Assembly (NCBI GenBank): GCA_002794465.1
Contig: MTSL01000046.1
Span: 1-32,000 of the forward strand
DNA length: 32,000 bases
Source: Paramicrosporidium saccamoebae KSL3
Lineage: Eukaryota > Fungi > Cryptomycota
Direction of reading: 5' to 3'
Under the pieces are notes generated by a model that did no database searches, had not been told where the DNA came from, and worked only from the letters and a program-made list of their open reading frames with translations. Numbering within the stretch: position 1 is the first letter of the stretch; each line of letters opens with the position of its first letter. The translations under genes and the position numbers were made by a program. Below, piece after piece: positions 20,809 to 27,512 of this stretch.

Positions 20809-21003
20809 GTAATGATCTATAAGGACAAATCAAAGACGCTCAACAAAATTGTAAAGTCTGAGGTTAGTGAAAGACCTCTTTATTGGAATCCTAGATCTGT
20901 TGTTATATCATCTCGTATAAAGTAGCGGATCGCCCATCAAAAGGCCTATGTGGTAAGCATGGTTCTTTCCCCGCCAGAAAAACACGTGGCAACGCAGACA
21001 GTT

Positions 21004-21936
21004 TTATTGATTATCGGATTGGAGATGTTGCAGTTTGGGGACGAGCTGATGGGCTAGCATTTCTAAATCGTGTGACCTCGCACAACTGGCCTGGAGTACC
21101 TCTTCATGGGTCGGTTTTGGGACATTTTTGGTCCGCTCATCCTGTGATATCGCCACATTCGTGATTAGGGAAAAAGCAATAACATTCATTCCAGCATGGC
21201 TGGCAGCAATCACCTCGGGGGTGGTGCTCATTCCTACTGCGCTGCCGCCAATGCATTGGAGGAAGCGAACTTCGGCAGGTGTTTCGAAAGAGGGACCGCC
21301 AACGCCGACATAGACGCCGCGCTTAATGCCTGTGACATGGGCTTCTTCAGCAGCTGCCTGTAGAAGATTGTAAGATTCTGGATGGTATGCACTGGTCATG
21401 GATGGAAATCGAGGCCCCAACGGCAAGTTTTCACCACGCAAAGGAGAGTGGCCCGCTAGACTTAGAAAGCTAATGTGATCTTCAATGACCATCAGATCTC
21501 CAACTTGAAATGTGGGATCGATCCCGCCAGCAGCATTTGTTACAAGAACAGTTTTAATACCAAGCAATGATAGGACCCGGATAGGATAGACGATATCTTC
21601 CAGTGAATGACCTTCATAATAGTGAATTCGACCAAGCAGACACACAGTCACCACATTATTCAATAGACCCACCACAAGTTCGTTTTTGTGCCCAGCAATT
21701 TTCGATGTCGGAAAGTGATCCATTTTTGAGTACGGGATGGAGACGGTCTTGGTCATTTTACTGGCCAGACTGGACAGGCCCGAGCCGCACACAATTGCCA
21801 CTACTGGCTGTTTGTACTCGGGAGGTACTGCGTCCCGGATGTAATCTGCAGCATCTTTCATGTTGCGTAGCTTGACATCCATTGTGTTGGAGTCATTGTC
21901 CCATTTGCGGGCAACCAAATTTGTCTGCGGTACCAT
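21004..21936 (-). CDS. PNP1: Purine nucleoside phosphorylase (trimeric PNP)
   Basis: Motifs AIVCGSGL, GRIHYYEG, TNAAGG, GPSFETPAE, GMSTTPEV and LITN. The start may be the Met at 21882. Confidence 0.95.
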   Translation of the reverse strand: MVPQTNLVARKWDNDSNTMDVKLRNMKDAADYIRDAVPPEYKQPVVAIVCGSGLSSLASKMTKTVSIPYSKMDHFPTSKIAGHKNELVVGLLNNVVTVCLLGRIHYYEGHSLEDIVYPIRVLSLLGIKTVLVTNAAGGIDPTFQVGDLMVIEDHISFLSLAGHSPLRGENLPLGPRFPSMTSAYHPESYNLLQAAAEEAHVTGIKRGVYVGVGGPSFETPAEVRFLQCIGGSAVGMSTTPEVIAASHAGMNVIAFSLITNVAISQDERTKNVPKPTHEEVLQASCARSHDLEMLAHQLVPKLQHLQSDNQ

Positions 21937-22019
21937 CTTGTTTATTGCGACTGACCAGAAACGAAATTGTCATAACAACAATATTTATTTCTAATTACCG
22001 CTGGATCCGGCAGTCGATC

Positions 22020-23075
22020 ATGAAGATTGTCCTGCCGCTACTTTTATTGTCATTCTGTAGCGGCGAAAATGCTGATGGCGGCTATCGACTGTCACTAAAG
22101 TCACGCAAAATGCCCGTCACTGTAATCCCTCCGCAGTATATGGGTGGTAAGGAATCGCCGGTGGTAAAGCTGGCGGATTCTGGAATTCTGGAGATGGAAA
22201 TCAACTTGGGCCAGCCCGCCCGTTCCGTCAACATGCTCTACGACTGCGCTGGGAGGGAAACTTTTCTCCCTGCTTCACTGACCGCCAAGGGGACATCCTA
22301 TTCCATGGTTATTACGCATCGTGGGACCTGGCGTGATTTGTTGAATATCGGCGGCCTCAAGGTCGAGCAAGAATTCCAATTCTATGATGAAGAAGTGGGC
22401 CGACTCGGGCTCAATGTGGACCAGACTGGCCAGCCGCTGTTCAACAACATTGTAAACAGACGGATGCTTGGGATGCAAATCTTTTCAACCCTTCTGACAC
22501 GAGTCAATGGACAGCTGATGGGCGAATTGCGGGTTGGGGAACTTGAGAAGAGCTTAAAAGGTGCTCAACTGCGCTATAACCAAGTACTGCTGGACGAATT
22601 GGGCTGGTCGCTCCGAGTCTTTGATGTCCGAATGGGGCAAGAATATCTTGGCTACAAGGGCCGTGTTGTGATTGACACTCTGACTCCCTATGTTGTGGTC
22701 CCCGTGGTAATCTTTACCGCCATTGCCCAGCTCCTCAAGATGCCCATCATGCTGGACAAGGATGTCCTTATGGCAAAGCCTGTGCACTGCAAAGGTCTCC
22801 GCAAGCTCCCTCCACTTCACTTTGCCATTGAGACGGACGAATTTGTTTGGGATAGTGCCCACTACATTATATCCACGGACGACGGCCAATGTCGTCTGGC
22901 ATTGGCAGGCTTTGATGCACATGTTGATGGCATGCCCGTATGGATCTTTGGAACGAGTTTTTTTGTGGATCGCGCAACCGTCTTTGATTTACAAACTGGA
23001 CACATTGGACTGACGGATTATGAGGCAGACGCGCGCCAGGACGAAGTGGTTATGCTCGTTAAAGATGCTCTGTAA
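22020..23075 (+). CDS. Secreted pepsin-like (A1) aspartic protease homolog with atypical catalytic motifs
   Basis: Signal peptide MKIVLPLLLLSFCSG; INLGQPARSVNMLYDCAG and VVIDTLT at the two DTG positions; C-terminal WIFGTSFF...VFDLQTGHIG. Confidence 0.75.
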   Translation: MKIVLPLLLLSFCSGENADGGYRLSLKSRKMPVTVIPPQYMGGKESPVVKLADSGILEMEINLGQPARSVNMLYDCAGRETFLPASLTAKGTSYSMVITHRGTWRDLLNIGGLKVEQEFQFYDEEVGRLGLNVDQTGQPLFNNIVNRRMLGMQIFSTLLTRVNGQLMGELRVGELEKSLKGAQLRYNQVLLDELGWSLRVFDVRMGQEYLGYKGRVVIDTLTPYVVVPVVIFTAIAQLLKMPIMLDKDVLMAKPVHCKGLRKLPPLHFAIETDEFVWDSAHYIISTDDGQCRLALAGFDAHVDGMPVWIFGTSFFVDRATVFDLQTGHIGLTDYEADARQDEVVMLVKDAL

Positions 23076-23246
23076 ATATTTAGAATACAATAAAGATGCT
23101 CTGTAGATATTTAGAATACAATCAAGAGGCTCTGTAAATATTTATAATACAATAAAGGTGCTCTGTAGATATTTATAATACAATCAAGATGCTCTGCAGA
23201 TATTTATAATGCAATCAAAATGCTCTGTAGATATTTAGAATACAAA
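23061..23246. repeat. 6 x 31-bp tandem repeat containing the protease stop codon and poly(A)-like signal
   Basis: Units begin at 23061, 23092, 23123, 23154, 23185 and 23216; consensus (A/C)AAGATGCTCTGTA(A/G)ATATTTA(G/T)AATACAAT. Confidence 0.9.
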
Positions 23247-23255
23247 TCCCTTGGT

Positions 23256-24338
23256 CTATTTATGTAGGATCCTAGATCTAGTAGACTTGCCGTGGAATGG
23301 ATCGGTCTGTTCATTGCCACTTCTCAGCATGGCAACTGTCATGGCCTTGGCTTGCGCGTCGCGCCAAAATGTAAAAATTTCCGAAGAGAGTCGCCTCCCC
23401 TCTGGCTCGTCTATGCAGAATGACAGATTCTCGTCATAGTAGCATTCGCTCAGAACTAGTGGGATTTCCGAGGCAATATCATACTGTGGCGGATCTGAGC
23501 ATTTGGAAATGTCCAGAAGATGGTCAACCACCTCTGGAGGCTCTATTCCGCGTCCAACCAAAAACAAAATCTCCATTGTACAGCGCACCTGGTGGTAGAG
23601 GAAGGCACTGCCATGGATTTCATATTCGTACATTTCATTATCCAGTTTTCTGATGGTGGAGGAAAAGATTCGTCTGGTGAAAGAATTTACTGCCTTGTCA
23701 ATGCGACAAAAATTACGAAAATCGTGCTCGCCCACCAGCTTGGCAGCCGCCTCTTCCATCCTTGTCAGATCCAATCCGAGTCCGTGGAAAAAGTACTTGT
23801 AACGACGTCCCCGACACGAGAAGCGTGCGTCGAAAGTGGATGGAATGGGTGACCAGCCTAACACGCGAATGTCATCGGGCAGTAGACGGTTGAGCATTGT
23901 GCACACTGGCACCTCCAACTCGTCAGTTTCGTGTTTCTGGCCGCTGGAGCGAATAGTTACAGCAACCACTTGCCCCGTTGCGCTCACGCCAGCATCCGTC
24001 CTCCCACACCGGGAATACTGACACGTCTTGGGCGACTCGATAAGTCTGGTTCTCATTAGGGCAGCAAAGAGCAAATCCTCTACTGTCACAACTGTCGGAT
24101 TCCGGGTGCTCTCTGCGCCGTCCGGTTTATAGGACATTTGCGACGCAAAACCATTGTACTCCCAGCCAAAGTAAGCAATCTTTAAGGCGATGCGTTTTGT
24201 CGGATACTGGGAAAAGTCAAGGGGCCGCTGTGGCTTGCTCTTCTTGACCGACTTGCCTTCCAAGGAATATATCCGCTGAATTAGCTGTTCATGCGTCCAT
24301 TTCGAATAGTCCGTGTCCAAGAGAGCACGTCGCTTCAT
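23256..24338 (-). CDS. PUS3: tRNA pseudouridine 38/39 synthase (TruA family, Deg1/Pus3)
   Basis: Motifs IALKIAYFGWEY.GF, YSRCGRTDAGVSA (catalytic Asp), FDARFSC, HDFRNFC and AFLYHQVR. The likely start is Met 24338; the ORF is open to 24491. Confidence 0.92.
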   Translation of the reverse strand: MKRRALLDTDYSKWTHEQLIQRIYSLEGKSVKKSKPQRPLDFSQYPTKRIALKIAYFGWEYNGFASQMSYKPDGAESTRNPTVVTVEDLLFAALMRTRLIESPKTCQYSRCGRTDAGVSATGQVVAVTIRSSGQKHETDELEVPVCTMLNRLLPDDIRVLGWSPIPSTFDARFSCRGRRYKYFFHGLGLDLTRMEEAAAKLVGEHDFRNFCRIDKAVNSFTRRIFSSTIRKLDNEMYEYEIHGSAFLYHQVRCTMEILFLVGRGIEPPEVVDHLLDISKCSDPPQYDIASEIPLVLSECYYDENLSFCIDEPEGRRLSSEIFTFWRDAQAKAMTVAMLRSGNEQTDPFHGKSTRSRILHK

Positions 24339-24596
24339 ATAAGATCCCAAGACACGAAGAGCCCTCAGCCTGAAGTAAGGTAGGGTTGGGTAGGGTAGGA
24401 TGAGATGGCGACCCCAGTAGCCGGATGTGGAATCCAGACAAATATGACGCAGGGTGGATTCTTTAATTCTGCTATAGATAGAGACCATCATTTCTTGGGC
24501 ACAAATAGCCGAATGTAAAGTAGGGTGGATTCATTGTTCTCGTTTATTACAAATGTAGTCAGGTTCCTTTGCGGCCAGATTCCTTTCATTGATTCT

Positions 24597-26066
24597 CTAC
24601 TCTGATGGACCATTGCAAATATAGAATAGCATGTATGCGTTACATCGGACCACCTCTTGCCATGTGCAGGCAGAGACACAGGCATCGTCGATCCAGAACC
24701 ATTGGTCTCGGCTCTTGATGAAGCAAGTATAATGGCCACTATCAAGATTTCCAACGTGACTTGTAACAGCAAAAAGATGGTATCCATATTGGCCAGGACC
24801 ATCGGTAGAGCCCGTCGCCATGAATGGTAGTAGAGAGAGATACTCTTCAAAATGGATGGCCGTGTCAATCTTGGTAGAGGACAGACCATGTTCAAAACGC
24901 TTGAGGTGGATGGACAAAATCTGGGGACTGGAACGGATGGTTAGTTGTTTTGCAATCTCGGGATGGTTCCGGTGACATGCACTACAAATGTAGTTTCCAG
25001 CAGGGAGATGCTCCGCTCGGGTGAATCTGTGCAGACATTCCTCGAGGTCAAGACCATCCATGCTGGGAGGAATATCTAGCGATATATCCAGGAACGGATC
25101 CAGTGTTTCAGTGACATTTCCGCACTGCAGACAGGTCAAGTCGGATTGGAGGACGCCGGAGAATATCCGATGCACAACACAGCTGCAATTGTACATGGCT
25201 CCTTCCAGGTGGGTGTGGAGAGTATTCCGCATGGTCACAAATAGCTCATGGGCGTCCTGTTGTTCGTAGCCCGCAAGATCCTTGGATATCCTCCACAGCG
25301 ATTCCAGCATCCTGTTGGGCGCAATTGGAATGTCGCCTCCATCGTACATTCGACAGAATATAGAGTCCATTTCGCACGCAATACAAGCTTCGTTGGATCT
25401 TGCCCTTGGACACGTCTTGGCCAAATGCAATGGCCCATCCGGAGCCAAAAAGAATTTTCTGAGAGGTTCAATGTGCAGTATGGTCTGGAGGATGCAATTC
25501 ATAAAGCATGTATTTCCCAAATTATAAAGCCCCCGAATGTTTCCACAGTGACGCTTTGCCGTCTCGCCACTCTCTGCAATCCAGGTCTGCACTTTGTCGA
25601 ATTGCGCAATTGTCTGGCTGGCATCCGAGTTGGACTGTCTACTTTCCAACCACACCGAGGCCATCAGGTCGTTCCAAACCCATACCTTACAAACTGAGCA
25701 GAACATGGCGCCACTCTGGATTTCTATAGACAATGCGTGCCCCGACTCTGAACTGTGTGTCTGCTGATGGTTTGCTGGATGGCCACAGGCGACCCGCGGA
25801 CACTGCAGACACACTTGCAATGGCGACTGATAGGCTGCACATTCTGCACAACACAGAGCCTCGCAGCCCCAATGAAGCCGACGGGCCACAGTATGGTACA
25901 TTTTCAAAAAGTCGCTCATGGACGACAGATGTTTGCAACGTATCAAAGCCGGCACGTCATTTTGGCTGGGTTGTGTGTTGGAAATGGCCGAAACTGAAGA
26001 GGCCTCATCAGCTTCAGAGATTGGTGCTGCTGCCACTTTGGTGGGACTTGATTTTTTCGATCCCAT
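24597..26066 (-). CDS. Ubiquitin-specific protease with zf-UBP domain, UBP8/USP22-like
   Basis: zf-UBP Cys/His pattern, Cys box GLYNLGNTCFMNCILQ, QQDAHE and His box HVGNLDSGHY. Confidence 0.88.
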   Translation of the reverse strand: MGSKKSSPTKVAAAPISEADEASSVSAISNTQPSQNDVPALIRCKHLSSMSDFLKMYHTVARRLHWGCEALCCAECAAYQSPLQVCLQCPRVACGHPANHQQTHSSESGHALSIEIQSGAMFCSVCKVWVWNDLMASVWLESRQSNSDASQTIAQFDKVQTWIAESGETAKRHCGNIRGLYNLGNTCFMNCILQTILHIEPLRKFFLAPDGPLHLAKTCPRARSNEACIACEMDSIFCRMYDGGDIPIAPNRMLESLWRISKDLAGYEQQDAHELFVTMRNTLHTHLEGAMYNCSCVVHRIFSGVLQSDLTCLQCGNVTETLDPFLDISLDIPPSMDGLDLEECLHRFTRAEHLPAGNYICSACHRNHPEIAKQLTIRSSPQILSIHLKRFEHGLSSTKIDTAIHFEEYLSLLPFMATGSTDGPGQYGYHLFAVTSHVGNLDSGHYTCFIKSRDQWFWIDDACVSACTWQEVVRCNAYMLFYICNGPSE

Positions 26067-26300
26067 TAAACCATTTTCATTTCGTATTAGTGTAGTGTTA
26101 TTGCTGTAGAGGGAGTGGGGGTGTAGGTAAAGGGAGTGTGAATAGTATTAGTGGTGATGATGTTGGTATTGGTATTGGTATTGAGATATGTTACGATATA
26201 ATGTGGCATAATATAATACTAGGACGCTTTATGACATGCCATAATATTGAAATATGCCATGGCATGATATTGCACAACACGGCAGGGTACTCCACGACAA

Positions 26301-26405
26301 AGCACAACACAACACTACACAGCACAGCACAACACATCACACCAAACCACACCACACCACATCACACCAAACCACACCACACCACATCACATCACCATAC
26401 AACAC
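26301..26405. repeat. Pentanucleotide microsatellite (ACCAC/AACAC/AGCAC/ATCAC)n
   Basis: About 21 period-5 units, with a more degenerate period-5 pattern extending left to about 26185. Confidence 0.85.
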
Positions 26406-26481
26406 TCTCAAAGTCGCCCTATAGGATAGAGTGTTTACATCACTAAATCTTGTGTGATTGGCCAACAAGAAGCTTTGCTCA

Positions 26482-26896
26482 ATGGGCATCGTCCTCAGAC
26501 AATATCTCGATAGTTCGTCAGTCGTAACTTGTCGACAGTGTCGGACACACCTTACTGAACCGGATGAGGTCATCTCTAAAGAGTTCCAGGGACAACATGG
26601 TCGGGCGTACCTTTATGCGACAGTGTATTCCAGGCTCAGTGTGCTCACATGTAGGATCAACGTGGTTGAGGGCGAGCCGGCAGCAAAGACAATGACTACA
26701 GGACAGCACGTAGTGTCAGACATTTCATGCACCTATTGTGGAATCAAGATTGGCTGGAAATATGTAACCATGCTCTGGAACCTTAATTTTCTAGATCAAG
26801 GCCACTGAGCCGTCGCAGAAATACAAAGTCGGACATTTTATTCTCGAACGAGCACTCATTTCTGAAATGGAACAAACTGATGCCGTCCGGTTATAA
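26482..26896 (+). CDS. Yippee/Moh1-like zinc-binding protein; join(26482..26624, 26655..26763, 26795..26896)
   Basis: CxxC...ISKEFQGQHGRAYL...MTTGQHVVSDISCTYCGIKIGWKY|IKATEPSQKYKVGHFILE, with introns of 30 and 31 nt. Confidence 0.93.
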
Positions 26897-26920
26897 GCAC
26901 TAATAAATTTCCCTTTCTGC

Positions 26921-27313
26921 ATGTATTTTTGGCGGAGTATCCCGAGGGGCCTTGGGAAGTGGTCCAGCACGCGGCCTGGAGCACGGTTTGGCTCTACGCA
27001 TGCAAAGGAACAATTTAACGAACCAGGTGGTAATCTCTTTGGCCGCATAGTAGTGTTTCCATTTTTCTTCAACCTGTAGCCCGGCAAAGCATATCCTGTG
27101 GATTGGGCAGACCGCATATACTCTATCTTTTATCTAGGCGGACTGGCCGTCTTTGTTTTCCTCTACCAATACAAGCCCGACACTGAGTATCCATTGTCGC
27201 ATTACTAAGTGTCTAGTCCGTACAAGTGGGCGAGGAGAGAGGCTCTGAAGCGTATGAAGGAGCGTGGTGTGGATCTGGACGAATATCGTTACAGACTGCC
27301 TCAAGTGTATTAG
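26921..27313 (+). CDS. Mitochondrial complex I accessory subunit ESSS/NDUFB11-like (absent from the ORF track); join(26921..27049, 27080..27186, 27217..27313)
   Basis: The spliced product has a presequence-like N-terminus, EPGGNLFGRI|PGKAY, one TM helix and YKPDT(D)PYKWARREALKRM. This matches the fungal ESSS pattern PPSGWLFG..PGEKY...KPDTSIQTWAxxEAxxR. Two 30-nt introns. Confidence 0.8.
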
Positions 27314-27512
27314 CCAAAACTAAACTATTTCTTAAGATTTGGAATATTAAAGACGCCATAATCGTAGAATGGACGCCCCGAAGCGTATAGAGGAGCGTAG
27401 AGTGGATCTGGACAAATATCGTTACAGACTGCCTCAAGTGTATTAGCCAAAACTAAACTATTTCTTAAGATTTGGAATATTAAACGACGTCATGATTGTA
27501 GAATAGACGCCC
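27247..27512. repeat. 2 x 133-bp tandem duplication of the convergent ESSS/kinesin 3' junction
   Basis: Units 27247-27379 and 27380-27512 share ATATCGTTACAGACTGCCTCAAGTGTATTAGCCAAAACTAAACTATTT and the flanking sequence. Confidence 0.9.

Noticed and set aside
23061-23246. Regularly spaced repeats (also 10796-10911 and 15676-15814) as possible CRISPR arrays
   Set aside because: Units are contiguous with no unique spacers, there are no cas genes, and the context is eukaryotic.
24488-24895. 135-aa ORF bridging the USP end and the PUS3 start
   Set aside because: Alternate frame of the USP 3' end; no evidence of a fusion or frameshift signal.
26110-26145. G-rich tract as a G-quadruplex
   Set aside because: Only three runs of at least 3 G plus one GG; weak candidate.
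26138-26446. 102-aa His/Thr-rich ORF
   Set aside because: Translation of the pentanucleotide microsatellite.
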